DNA from: Octopus sinensis
Lineage: Eukaryota
DNA: 64,000 nt
Reading direction: 5' to 3'
Assembly (NCBI RefSeq): GCF_006345805.1
Contig: NC_043018.1
Coordinates: 16,864,001 to 16,928,000 of the forward strand
Shown: one piece after another, positions 24,771 to 37,694 of the stretch
Position numbering within the stretch: the stretch's first letter is position 1
How the letters are laid out: every line of letters starts with the position of its first letter
Position numbers and translations under genes: made by a program
The notes under the pieces: generated by a model
The model's database searches: none
Told to the model about the DNA's origin: nothing
Seen by the model: only the letters and a program-made list of their open reading frames with translations

Positions 24771-24974
24771 AACTATACATTCATATTAGTTTTCTCACAA
24801 TATTTCGGCTGTTTTACCTCCGGCCACTGACCGTGTATTCGGCAATATCCGTGACCTCTAGAACTGATCTTTTATAAAATCAACGGGTGTAGATTGATCT
24901 CGTTGCTTTCTCTACACGAAGTTCTCTAAACCAGGAATGGACCCCTTATTTAGCTCTGTTACTTGTGGACACTC

Positions 24975-25245
24975 CTCATCATCATCATTGTTCGACCGTG
25001 GTCGAGACAATGGAATTTACCATGCTACGCCAGACTTCACGGTCCATCATGGCATTACGGAGGTCTTGTTGCTGGATGCCTGTATCCCTGGAGATTACAT
25101 CAGGGTAGGAGAGTGTGCGCCCTCTGGTATTGCGAGTAGATGGCTTCCAGAGGAGAAGAGTAGAAATTACTTCTTTTTCAGCTCTACAACAATGTCCAGC
25201 AAACTGGACTCTCCTACCTTTCACAAGAGATGACACAGGTGGTAG
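24975..25245 (-). mobile_element. 3' end of an RTE-group LINE
   Basis: RRVQFAGHCCR..EVISTLLLWKP..GRTLSYPDVISRDTG..DL..AMMDREVWR matches the RTE C-terminus; stop followed by (TGA)n tail. Confidence 0.85.
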
Positions 25246-25306
25246 TTTCACATATATACTTTAAATAGTGTGTGAATATACACACACGCACCGCGCGCGC
25301 AAAACT

Positions 25307-25340
<34 letters not shown>

Positions 25341-26163
25341 CGCACGCACACACACACACACAGACACACACACACACACACACACACATTATAGGCGGCT
25401 TTCGATACCAATGTAAATAACGATAAAATGTAATTGTTAAATTGGCCACATTTTGATCCTTATATGTGTGTGATTTTTGAGGATATTTTTGGCTGTTCTT
25501 TCTTACATTTCTATTAATCATGTTGACACTCGCTCAAAGCTATTTCAGTCAGCGCCTCACAGCATTTGTCATTTCACTAAAATCAATGGAAGACATAACA
25601 CGTCACACATTCTAGGTTTTCGCTTCGTTAAGTCTCGTTCTATAGTGCCCGGAGAAAAAAAAATATCCTTGTAAAGAGATAAATGGAAATAGAATAATAA
25701 GGATCTATTGTTCGCTGCAGTCATTGTTCGTAAAATATTGATAGAAAAGAGAAGTGATAACCACAGAAATAGGAACTATAAAAGTGTATCTGTTGAGAAT
25801 TTCATCTTGAATATACCCTAATTATGAAATGGGTTAAAATACATTGAAATATACCTACAACTTGACAATATTAACTGTTTTACCTGTCGGTTGGAGAGGC
25901 AAAAAAGGTGAAAGAAAATAGTTTCAATTGAACAATTCCAGTTTGCAGTGTATACTATCAATAATTTCTCTTTGTATTTGATAAAATACGATCAAAAATG
26001 AAAATTGTAATAAAGCAATCGCATATTGGCATCAATCAAATGTTTTCTTTATGTTAAGGTGGTACAAGACGAAGTATAATTCTTTTGTCACAACTAACAG
26101 AAGGAGATAGATAGATAAGTAGATAGATAGAGTGAGAGAGAGAGAGAGACAGAGAGAGACAGA

Positions 26164-26211
<48 letters not shown>

Positions 26212-26744
26212 GAGAGAGGAGCAGATAAAGAGAAACTGAAGCCAGAAAAAAATAAAAATAATAATTTTCATTACGTTTCCGAAACATCAAGAAGCTCAAA
26301 AGAAAAATAAAAAAAACAGAAAAAATGAAATCTCCTGTAGATTGAACATTTACAAAATGCGAAAAATCAATGAAGGTACTTCAGTACGAAAATATATTTA
26401 TTTCTTCAAAGATGTACGTACGCTTTCAGTTTTCTAGTCTAGCAGCTATCGACAGCCAAGATAAAACAATAGCAGATATGGTGTGAAATTGTGAAGTGCG
26501 GATATCTGTGATAATTAAACACAAGAATAGGTAAAATGATATTATGACTCTCGTAGTTTTATCACTTCAGTAAATATCATTGTTTCGGTGACATTTAGGT
26601 GTATGCTATTGAAATGAAGCAACGACAGACAGTCTTGGAGAATCTTATACGAACCATTCCGCTGCCTGTGTAAACACAGAGGCGACTATGTGCATCTGTG
26701 ACTGCACATAAATGAGTGACTGTAGAGATCGTGCTTTAATGACA

Positions 26745-26785
<41 letters not shown>

Positions 26786-26799
26786 CGTGTGTATGTGTG

Positions 26800-27305
26800 A
26801 GTGTGCGTGTGTGTCAATGTGTGTGGGTGTATGTGTGAGTGTGCGTGTGTGTCAATGTGTGTGTGTGTATATATTTCTTTGCTATGTGTGTGTGTGTTGA
26901 ATGGGTGTGTGGGTGTATGTGTGAGTGTGCGTGTGTGTGTGTCTATGTGTGTGTGTGTGAATGGGTGTGTGGGTGTATGTGTGAGTGTGCGCGTGTGTCT
27001 ATGTGTGTGTGTGTGTGAATGGGTGTGTGGGTGTATGTGTGAGTGTGCGTGTGTGTGTCTATGTGTGTGTGTGTGAATGGGTGTGTGGGTGTATGTGTGA
27101 GTGTGCGCGTGTGTCTATGTGTGTGTGTGTGTGAATGGGTGTGTGGGTGTATGTGTGAGTGTGCGTGTGTGTCTACGTGTGTGTGTGAATGGGTGTGTGG
27201 GTGTATGTGTGAGTGTGCGTGTGTGTCTATGTGTGTGTGTGTATGTGAATGGGTGTGTGGGTGTATGTGTAAGTGTGCGTGTGTGCGTGTGTGTGTGTGT
27301 GTGTA
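26800..27305. repeat. ~58-bp minisatellite built from GT dinucleotide variants (7 units)
   Basis: aatgggtgtgtgggtgtatgtgt at 26900, 26960, 27018, 27076, 27134, 27188, 27248. Confidence 0.9.
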
Positions 27306-27412
27306 TATTTCTTTGTTCTTTCTTTACATTCAGGAATCAAACGGACATGATGGATCAATTAGTAAGCAGCATCACTTTTTCTTATATGTGTGTGTGTGTG
27401 TTTATGTATGCC

Positions 27413-27483
<71 letters not shown>

Positions 27484-27485
<2 letters not shown>

Positions 27486-27822
27486 AGGCGCAATGGCCCA
27501 GTGGTTAGGGCAGCGGACTCACGGTTGTAGAAGGCAACGAGCTGGCAGAAACGTTAGCACGCCGGGCGAAATGCGTAGCCGTATTTCGTCTGCCGCTACG
27601 TTCTGAGTTCAAATTCCGCCGAGGTCGACTTTGCCTTTCATCCTTTCGGGGTCGATTAAATAAGTACCAGTTACGCACTGGGGTCGATATATTCGACTTA
27701 ATCTGTTTGTCTGTCCTTGTTTGTCCTCTCTGTGTTTAGCCCCTTGTGGGTAGTAAAGAAAGAGGTTGTAGAATCGCGGTTTCGATTCCCAGACCGAGCG
27801 TTGTGAGTGTTTATTGAGCGAA
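27484..27822 (+). mobile_element. SINE family C 5' part, interrupted by a family B copy
   Basis: Removing 27533-27773 restores the family C head seen at 36267 and 42850. Confidence 0.85.
27533..27763 (+). mobile_element. SINE family B nested in family C, 10-bp TSD
   Basis: ggttgtagaa at 27523-27532 and 27764-27773. Confidence 0.92.
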
Positions 27823-27830
27823 ACTATATA

Positions 27831-27917
27831 AATATTACATTCTAATTTTCTTATAGCTAAGCTTTTACATGCTGACACACTGAAAGCCTAGCTATAAGAA
27901 AATTAGAATGTTATATT
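27831..27917. other. AT-rich hairpin, ~37-bp stem, 13-nt loop
   Basis: acattctaattttcttatagcta (27837-27859) is the exact reverse complement of 27889-27911 and extends both ways with single mismatches. Confidence 0.85.
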
Positions 27918-28343
27918 TTATACTTTTGACGTTTTGACAAAGGCCAGATTCCCGACAGTGCGTTAACCTTTGTTTATTTTGTCAAATGTCATCATCTTCC
28001 GTATAGACATTTTTTTCAATGTTCTTTGGCGATGTCGGTGTTGTTATCAGTTGTGCTTTGGTGGAGGCGTTATTTCGGACCAGTTTCATGCCTTGCATAA
28101 CGTTTGACCAGCGATGACTGAAATCGATTTCGATTGAGTTATTTCTCGACAGCTTTCCTCAAATTCATGAATAGGTTTGTTTTCATTACTCTGCTGGGGA
28201 TTTGCGGTATATTCACTTCTGAACAAATTCCCTGAGTACACAGGAAGCAGACCAAAAAAAAAAAAAACCAAAAGAAAAAAAACGGGACAAAAATAGTTTA
28301 CAAATAAACGATTTCAATTAGGATTATCGAATTTCTCTTGACA

Positions 28344-28580
28344 GCGAAAGGCGGCGAGCTGGCAGAACCGTTAGCACACCGGGCGAAATGCTTAGCGGTA
28401 TTGCGTCTGTCGTTGCGTTCTGAGTTCAAATTCCGCTGAGGTCGACTTTGCCCTTCATCCTTTCGGGGTCGATAAATTAAGTACCAGTTACGCACTGGAG
28501 TCAATGTAATCGACTTAATCCGTTTGTCTGTCCTTGTTTGTCCCCTCTATGTTTAGCCCCTTGTGGGCAATAAAGAAACA
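28344..28580 (+). mobile_element. SINE family B with 34-bp flanking direct repeat
   Basis: gatttcaattaggattatcgaatttctcttgaca at 28310-28343 and 28581-28614. Confidence 0.92.
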
Positions 28581-29034
28581 GATTTCAATTAGGATTATCG
28601 AATTTCTCTTGACATTTTCCAAAAGTTTGAATCTAATTGTAACCTCTTACATCTCCCCAGTCAGAAAATAATTCTTGTTGATGCCAGGTGACAGGAACCC
28701 CATGAGATTATGTAATGAAATCTGACAATTGTTCAGAGCACCTCAAACGTCGTTGATAATAATTAAAGTATCCAAGACTGGTGTGAAACCGACCAAAATG
28801 CCACCAATTTTCTCACCTTGGCCAAAACTCAAAAACAAATTTTCTATGAAAATAATAGCTAATGTGAAACGATATTCCAAGACACAGGTCAATGCCTGGA
28901 AATACATAATCAAGAAAAGTAATAAATAATTCTTTACAGTAACGCTTTTTGAAATTGTTTAAATTGTCTGCTGTCAATTGAAATTTATTTGATAAGTTTC
29001 TAACGGAAAACATTTGTAAGAGAGTTAAACATGT

Positions 29035-29181
29035 ATAGGCGCAGGAGTGGCTGTGTGGAAAGTAGCTTGCTTACCAACCACATAGTTCCGGGTTCAGTCC
29101 CACTGCGTGGCATCTTGGGCAAGTGTCTTCTGCTATAGCCCCGGGCCGACCAATTCCTGAAAAAAGCCTGTCGTATATATG

Positions 29182-29216
<35 letters not shown>

Positions 29217-29412
29217 CTGTGTTTGTCCCCCTGGCATTGCTTGACAACCGATGCTGGTGTGTTTATGTCCCCGTCACTTAGCGGTTCGGCAAAAGAGACC
29301 GATAGAATAAGTACTGGGCTTACAAAGAATAAGTCCCGACTAAAGGCGATGCTCCAGCATGGCCGCAGTCAAAATGACTGAAACAAGTAAAAGAGAAAAG
29401 AGTAAAAAAGAG
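29035..29412 (+). mobile_element. SINE family A with small internal deletions
   Basis: Head ataggcgcaggagtggc; tail gaaacaagtaaaagag. Confidence 0.9.
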
Positions 29413-29605
29413 TATGTATGAAAGAACAGACTTATTTTAAAGTTTCCGAAAATGTCTTCGAAATCAGGAGATATTTTGGAACAATTCCGCTCGGCTTGTG
29501 GCTAACTGACATACAAAGTGTGTGTGTGTGTGTGTGTAGGTGTGTGTATAGGTGTGCGTGTTTTTACGTGCGTTCGTGTTTATGTATGTATATATGAACA
29601 TGTAT

Positions 29606-29911
29606 CAGTGGTTAGAACGTCGGACTTAAAATCGTGAGGTTGTGAGTTCGATTCGCGGACCGAGTAGGGTGTTGTGTTCTTGATCGAGACACTTTATTCT
29701 GTGTTGCTCCAGTTCACTCAACTGTAGAAATGAGCTGCGACCTCACTGATGTCCAGCTGTATAGGCCTTTGCCTTTCCCTTGGATAACACTGCTGGTGTG
29801 GAGAAGGGGGGCTGGTATGCATGGTCGACTGCTGCTCTTCCACAAGCAACCTTGCCCGTACTTGTGCCTCGGAGAAGAAATTTCTGGGCGCAACCTCATG
29901 GTTAGTCGTGA
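29606..29911 (+). mobile_element. SINE family E
   Basis: Collinear with 23239-23471 and extends further 3'. Confidence 0.8.
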
Positions 29912-30479
29912 TACACACACACACACACGCGCACACACACACATACGCACACATGCACGCGCACACATACCACACACACAGGATATCTTGATTAGATTAA
30001 ATTCCGAAACTCCGATTAGATTAAACTCCGAAATCTACAACCGGCTAACCACCACCACAACAAATTAACTCAACATAACCCCCAGCTCCATACATACAAA
30101 CCCAATACAGCAACTGACACCATTAACAGCACTAAACCTCATAACTACAACTATAATTCCACTGCTAACATCCGATCCTTAAATTTACCAAAACGCCCAA
30201 CTACACCTCCAGTCATAATAGATAACATCGCAGAGGATACCACCGGACACGGTAATCATCATACAAACCCAAAACACCACCCTCAACGCCTTAACAAATA
30301 ATAATCTTAACACCAGCAATGATAACGAACCGAACACCGATTCCTCACTAAACAACAATGCCTCACAAGTTCATCTAGAACAGCCCCTACAAACCTATGC
30401 ATCTGCAGACCCCCAACCTCCAGTCCTTCAAACAACCGCTGTTTCACTAAAAACATAGTTTATACTTGCACAGAATCAA

Positions 30480-31298
30480 CTGCCAACTGTATTCTCGTGC
30501 ATAAAACCAAATTCCTGGCAATACGACGTTGCTGTTACCGTTTTTCCTTGTTGCTAAAATGAATAACTCCCTTCACAGACCACCATACACTGACCACTAA
30601 TTTATTATAGTGCAATGGTGGGTTTGGGCAATCTAATCACTGTCCTGTTCCACTGCTTTTGTCAAAGAGTACTCATTTCTCATCACAAGTAATGATTTGA
30701 TTCAAAAACAGTCATTTTCCAGTCAAGAAAGCTATAAGGAGCACATTTCGAGGCATCTGTTTTTCTTTTTTTTTTCAATCTCGTTCAGTTGATGTGGAAC
30801 AAACCTATCCGTTTTCTTGACTTTTCCAGTTTTATACAGGTGTCCAAAAATAATTGTGCGAGTTGTTTGGGGTTCTAATGAAAGTTTTCGATCCTTTATT
30901 CGCGGATTTTGTTCAACCGAAGCATTTAATCCATCATACCGAATAACTGGTTTCGGCCTATCCGTTGGTTTATTTTCAAGACTATAATGTCCCGAACGAG
31001 AGCTTTGGAACCATATCTGAGCAGTTCTGAAATCAACAAAACCATTAATAAAGGCCCGCTTGATATTCTGTAGAGCTTCTGCGACACAGTGACCCAGTTT
31101 GTACGCATACGAGCAAATCACTCAACATAGTTTGGTTGTTATCATTTTCATAAGGTGTCTAGGTACGAATTCTGTATACCAATATTGTTGAGAAAGAAAA
31201 AGAATGAAGATGGAATGCAAGGTATACATAATTGAGTTTTCAAATGACTGAAATAACAAGTAATTAAACATGCAACATTTCATGTGAAGTGACCTAAT
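30480..31298 (-). mobile_element. Mariner transposon relic (left TIR, HTH domains, first catalytic Asp motif)
   Basis: TA-TTAGGTC TIR-like start at 31298; YKLGH..AEA..NIKRAF..RTAQIWFQ..RSGHYSLE..GHLYKTGKVKK..RFVPHQL, then FLNQIITCDEK*VLFD and VSVWWSVKGVIH; several stops. Confidence 0.88.
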
Positions 31299-31737
31299 AC
31301 ATGTTTAAAGGCTACGCCCGAGTCTCGATATAAATGGAAGACATAGTCATGTCAAGGCTATTTCACAAATACCATAAGTTTGTGGAGATGATAAGCAAGA
31401 ATTTATATAATCTTATTTAGTAAATATTTTTCTTTTATTCGATGCGGTCATGCTGAATGGCGCCATCAAAGCCTTAAATGAACGTATTGAAAACCACTTT
31501 TTTAATTGTGCTTGACGAATTGCCAGGTAACTGCTTGAGAACTATTAATGGCCTTGAGAAAAATAAGTCTATCTAAACGCATAAAAAAACCAATGTACCA
31601 ATAAAAGTTTTCTCTATTGCATATTTTTGTACTGGTTTATCGTATGGCTGTAAGACCTTCGGCTTACGGCAACGCTTAGTGTGGCATGCGGCTCGAAAAA
31701 TGTTCAACTCGTCAATTTCATTTAATTCAAAAATAGT

Positions 31738-31812
<75 letters not shown>

Positions 31813-31821
31813 TATATATAT

Positions 31822-32111
31822 TTATTGAAATGGATAAATGAATTATCTTGTTACGGATTATTCAAAATTTAACCGATACCTGGGTAGCAAAATTCACCAC
31901 AGAAAAAACACGGTTGAAGTTACGACCATGGGGTGTCGCAACCGTGCCTAGCGCGGATAACTGAAGTTTTATATATTTAGTGAAGGGAAGAAATGGAGCT
32001 GAACGAAGATTCTACAGAATTCCTTTATTATTTTCTAACATTGTTTCAAAGGCCGCACAAATTCCAAAAAGGAATTCTGTAGAATCTTCGTTCAGCTCCA
32101 TTTCTTCCCTC

Positions 32112-32116
<5 letters not shown>
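31822..32116 (+). mobile_element. Unclassified family D element with terminal inverted duplication
   Basis: Body shared with 39620 and 45640; 43-bp perfect inverted arms 31984-32026 and 32068-32110; (TA)n on both sides. Confidence 0.75.
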
Positions 32117-32152
<36 letters not shown>

Positions 32153-32405
32153 TTGGTACTATATGAAAACAGTCGTATGCCAAAATTTGGCCAAATGCGT
32201 TGTTTTCAATATATAATTTTGCTTGCATTAGCCAGTTCCTTTGCTCAAGCTATTGTATCTTCAGCTACTTCAGATGCCAAGATATGAAAAATTGTCAAAG
32301 TGTAGTATATCGGTTTAACTGGAGAATGGAGAAAATATTTTTCGTTTTCTGGAATAACGTCTTAGAATTACGACACTTTTGCATAGTAGCAACGATAACA
32401 AACCA

Positions 32406-32467
<62 letters not shown>

Positions 32468-32487
32468 ACACACATACACACACACAC

Positions 32488-32533
<46 letters not shown>

Positions 32534-32721
32534 GGCGAGCTGGCAGAATCGTTAGAACGCCAGGCGAAATGCTTAGCGTTATTTTGTCTGCCGCTACGTT
32601 CTGAGTTCAAATTCCGCCGAGGTCGACTTTGCCTTTCATCCTTTCGAGGTCGATAAATAAAGTACCAGTTTCGCCCTGGGGTCTACGTACTCGACTTAAT
32701 CCCTTTGTCTGTTCTTGTTTG
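32534..32721 (+). mobile_element. SINE family B, 3'-truncated
   Basis: Family B head and core. Confidence 0.88.
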
Positions 32722-33686
32722 ATCACTATACATAAATGCCCCACGCTACGAGGGACTCTTAAAGTCAAAACTACCATAATAAATACAGTGTACCGAACGC
32801 GAGGGAAATGGAACTCCCGAAGCGAGTTATAGTAAATAGGCGAACAACAGAGTAATAGTAAATATATTCTTATCTATTTAGACTGTACAATTCATAGTTC
32901 GTCCAAGCAGTAAATTTGGTTACTGAGAGGACCAGAAAGAACTCAATAGCAAATCGGTGCGATGAAAAATTATGCGCGAATAAATTAAAATAAAAAAAGG
33001 GAAAGAACTGAAATCAACACCCACACTCACATACACTCACGTAAGTGTGTGCGTGCGTAGGTGCGTGTGTGTAGGTATGTTTGAGTTTGTGTGTGTGTGT
33101 GTGTGTAATAACTGAATGAGTATATGTGCCATTTCTAGCAAATATTTTGGTAGAAGCCAATGGCTTCGTGGTGGATGGAATGTTTTCCCATTTAAAAATT
33201 GTAACTTAATGGTACTATCAGTTGATGTGATATGGAATTAAGATTGGTAAGTCTTGGAGTAGTTAGTAATAGCAATAAAGAGGACCTTTGATACTGGTGC
33301 TGCCAATGTTACTGAAACTGCAGCGAAGGTGATGGAACTTTGCTGATAAGCTCCTAGTCGTGGAAGTGTTGCTGTAGCTTGTGATGGCGAGGCAATAGTT
33401 GACGGTGGAGGGAGGATCGGGGGGGGGGATCTCGTTGGCTGAGTGATCTGAAAGATACAGAACAATTTGATAAATATACAGAAGCTGTGGAATAACAGCT
33501 GCTTTACGTTCTCTTTTTTGGTAACAACATTGAAGATAAAGACTGTTTAAAAAAAGAAAAAGCAAAAACAGAAATATATCAGATTTGCACGCACAAAAAC
33601 ACACAGACACACATACACACAAAACTCTCACACTCTCTCTCTCTCTCTCTCACTTATTCTCACGCACATAGACGCGAGCGCACGCA

Positions 33687-33737
<51 letters not shown>

Positions 33738-33762
33738 GATATATACATATATATGTGTATGC

Positions 33763-33794
<32 letters not shown>

Positions 33795-33818
33795 ATAATA
33801 TATATATATTACTTATAT

Positions 33819-33851
<33 letters not shown>

Positions 33852-33930
33852 TACACAAGTGTGTGTCTGCGCAGATATATACACATATACGTGTATGTAT
33901 AATGTATTTATATATACATACATACATACA

Positions 33931-33979
<49 letters not shown>

Positions 33980-35029
33980 ATACATATATGTACGTATGTA
34001 TGTATACAGAAATGTGTGTGCATATGTGTATGTGTATAATAGTGTTTGAACGCGTAGCAGAGTTATATAAAGGCAATTAAAGTAATTCAAGACGAATATA
34101 TATGAATGGAGAAGGAAGGTCGCCGCCTCTCCGTCCCCGCCTTCCTCTCTCTTCTCTCTTCCTTCTTACCAATGTTAGAACATGTCTCCAGTTGTTTTAA
34201 ATCTTGATAACAACCAGACAGAATTCTGGAAGGTCAGAGTTCGGATCTAGTTTGTATTTGATACAAGATTAAACAGACTCGAGAGTATTTCAGCAGAAGG
34301 GGAAATTGGTCGACCCCATTATTAACACGGAGGCCTGTGATTTGAGGGAGATTACTTTACTACTTCTTGCAGGTCGAACTTCGATGTAAAGAGTCTTCCT
34401 TTCGTGGTGTTAGCGTTGATGGTGGAAATTATGTGGTCGTGTTGAAAGTCGCATGACATTACAGATGCAAATAACTATGATAATGTATGGTGACATTCAG
34501 AAGAATTTGTGGTTCTAAAAGAACCCTAGCTGTTGCTGTTGTCCTTATTGTTGTAGTTCTGTAGACTTGAAGTATTCTCTGAACGAAGAGACATTTCAAA
34601 ACCATTCCAATCCTGACCATGCTGTCATATTTATTATACATTTTATAATCATATCATAATATTCTCGTTGTTTCAATGGGATGCCAGTGTTTCTCCCGTG
34701 TGTTACGACAAGGGAGGCAACAACTGGATAGAGGAACGATATACCCAAGGGGAGAAGAGCGAGCGGAGGAAACAAAGACGAGTGTGTGTGTGTTATGTGC
34801 GTGCGTCTCATTACGGAAGATTTGGCTGCTACTTTTAACAGATCGACGATGTACTATAGCAGCCTTGGTTCGTGAGTGACGGAGTGCTAAAGGTTAAGGA
34901 GTCAATCAGAAAGTCTAAGAGCTGATGTTTCAGAGAATGGTCAGGTGCAAAAATGTCTTCGGACGAATTGGGCGGCGGTTTCTTTGCTTTGCTTCCTAGG
35001 CTTCTTTTGTATTGTCTTTGTTTACTACT

Positions 35030-35435
35030 ACTCCTACTACTACTACTGCTACTACTTCCACCTCCACCTTCACCTCCTCTTCCACCCCACATCCTCCTGC
35101 CCCCCCTCTCCTCCTTCTTTCCTCTTTTTCTTCTTCTTCTTCTTCTTCTTCTCATCTTTCTCCTGCTCCTCTTCCTTCTTATCCTCCTTCTCCTTTTTCT
35201 CCTTCCTCCTCGTCCTTCTTCCTCCTCCTCCTTCTCATCTCCTTCTCTTCTTTTTCTTCTCCTTCTTCGCCTCCTCATCCTCCGCGTTGTTGTTGTTCTT
35301 CCTCCTCAACTTTTCTCTCCTTCTTATCGATTTCCCCTCCTCTCCTTTTCTTCTTCTTCTTTTTCTCCTCCTCCTCCTCCTCCTCCTTCTTCTTCTTCTT
35401 CTTCTTCTTCTTATCATTATTATTATTATTATCAT
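35030..35435. repeat. Compound pyrimidine-rich trinucleotide tract (ACT/CCT/CTT/ATT)
   Basis: Direct read. Confidence 0.9.
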
Positions 35436-35915
35436 TATTCCTCATGATTTGCTTCCTTTTGTGGCTATTTAGTGTATGTGGTGAGTCGGCATGGTCAAAT
35501 GTCATTCAACTTTAAACATTCTCAAACATCAACTGACCGATGTGTGTGTCAATGATTTAGTTGTTATTTCTAGCAAATCTAATGTCCACATTACGCTGTA
35601 TGTGGTGTCCTTGCGGTAAAGCGAAAATTCGTTTCAACATGAGAAATAATACGTTCTTACTTGTTTTGCCTGCTTCGTTCGACCCACTGACATTTCAGAG
35701 ATAACCGGGGCGGATGTGCAGCTGAATCTCATGTATTGTGTGACATGCGCACGCACACGCACACCACACACACGCACACGCACACACACACACGCACAAA
35801 CACACACACACGCACACATACATGGATGCATACATTCATATGTAACATACAAACATAGATACATACATTACATACATACAGACATGAATACATGCATGCA
35901 CGAATACATACATGC

Positions 35916-35957
<42 letters not shown>

Positions 35958-36014
35958 TGTGGTGTGTGTGTGCGTGTATATATATATATATGTATATATA
36001 TGTCTATATGTATA

Positions 36015-36048
<34 letters not shown>

Positions 36049-36122
36049 GTATGTTATATATAGGTATATATAATATGTATATATATATGTATATACATAT
36101 ATAGTATATGTATATTATATAT

Positions 36123-36154
<32 letters not shown>

Positions 36155-36194
36155 ATATATATATGTATGTATATTATATATATATATGTGTGTA

Positions 36195-36225
<31 letters not shown>

Positions 36226-36232
36226 GTATATA

Positions 36233-36266
<34 letters not shown>

Positions 36267-36267
<1 letters not shown>

Positions 36268-36352
36268 GGCGCAATGTCCCAGTGATTAGGGCAGCAGACT
36301 CGCGGTTGCAGGATCGCGGTTTCGATCCCCAGATGGGCATTTTGAGTGTTTA
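36267..36352 (+). mobile_element. SINE family C head only
   Basis: ggcgcaatgtcccagtgattagggcagcagactcgcggttgcaggatcgcggtttcgatcccc. Confidence 0.8.
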
Positions 36353-36529
36353 AATAGATAGAGAGATTTATAGTTAGTTAGTTAGTTAGGTATATATGGA
36401 GATTGGTAGATAAGTAGAGATTGAGACAAGATGATAGATAAATTCTGATTCGGTTTTTCTCTTGTTTCTTCTTGCCTCCATGTTTCGATGGAGACTCGCT
36501 TTAAAAGGTAGATTTGTGTTTCGTATCAT

Positions 36530-36660
36530 TTGTTTTAGCAAACCATCGAGTGTTCCTAATATTGCAGTCTTCAGGGGTCTGTAACGAAGTGAAAACCCGA
36601 GTTTATTGTAAATAGAGTCATTATTCTTGGGAGTGTTGTCGCTCTTGCTGTCATCCCGTA
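36530..36660 (-). mobile_element. Possible extreme C-terminus of an R4/Dong-type RLE retroelement, highly degenerate
   Basis: TPKN...NKLG...LKTAILGT (KTAILGT at 36551-36571) resembles the xPKN..KLG..QKTAILGT ending of that family. Confidence 0.4.
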
Positions 36661-37694
36661 ATTTCGAACTATTTCTGTGAAAGTTACTCTCCATTTCAGA
36701 TAATTATTCGATATTATTGATCTCCTTCTACAGTGGTTTGTGATGTTAAAGCAGATGTTTCTTCCATAACCAGTTGTATAAATCCATAAGTGGCCGTTTG
36801 TGTGCTGCTGTTTGTATTAGGATTTTCCTTTGGTGTGTTCTTGTTGACATTGTTAGGTTATGTATTGTAAGCCATAATAATTCCATCAATGGTATTCGTG
36901 GATTTCTGTTTCTCGTTGCTAGAATGGTTTTGCTGCTGACATCACTTCATCCATTTTACTTCGTTGGGGGAGCGCAGGTTACAACTGCTTTACATATATC
37001 AGCACTGCCATTGAATAACAGATATTTTCAATCCATTTCCTACAAAATTACTTGTTTTGGGCATATTTCTCTATTCTAGACAGTCTTAATATATTCAGCG
37101 CTGGCGATTGCTTGTAAGAGAAAAATTCTGTTATTCTAACCACCTGCAGCGGGATAAATTGTCGAAATACAACGATCTCAGAAGAATTACATACAGGTAA
37201 GCTTATGTATGTTTCCTTTACGTCTTAGGCAAAAAGTTAATTCCATTCTTGTATTCTTTAACTTGATAGAGTCACAACCGTAAATAATTCCTAGTCTTAA
37301 GAAGTTTTGGTGAAAAGTATCTGATACTTCTTCAGCCAAAGAAGACGCTTCCGCTGAAAGGAGTTCAATAAGCTGGACCAACATATTAGTTTCACCCGTG
37401 AATATCCTAGCAGTAATGGCTCCCCAAACCTAAACTCAACTTTTGGCTAAACATCACGGACGAGGGTAAAATTGATACGGTCTTTTACAGAAAATCTACT
37501 TACCTTGCTGTCATCCCGTCCACTATAAATAGGCCCTCCGTATCAAGGTGCATAAAGTGACGACCCGGATATGCAAAACATGTAATGACGACACCATGTT
37601 ACTCAGTTCCTAAAGATATCTGGTGCCAACGGACATCCTACGTTTTCAATAAGTTCATACAGGAACACAAGCTAGGGATCTCTCTCAAACCTGT

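Noticed and set aside
29990-30480. C/A-rich stretch with Thr/Pro/Asn-rich translations (similar stretch at 6300-7010)
   Set aside because: Strand bias suggests old retroelement sequence, but there are stops in all frames and no recognisable motif
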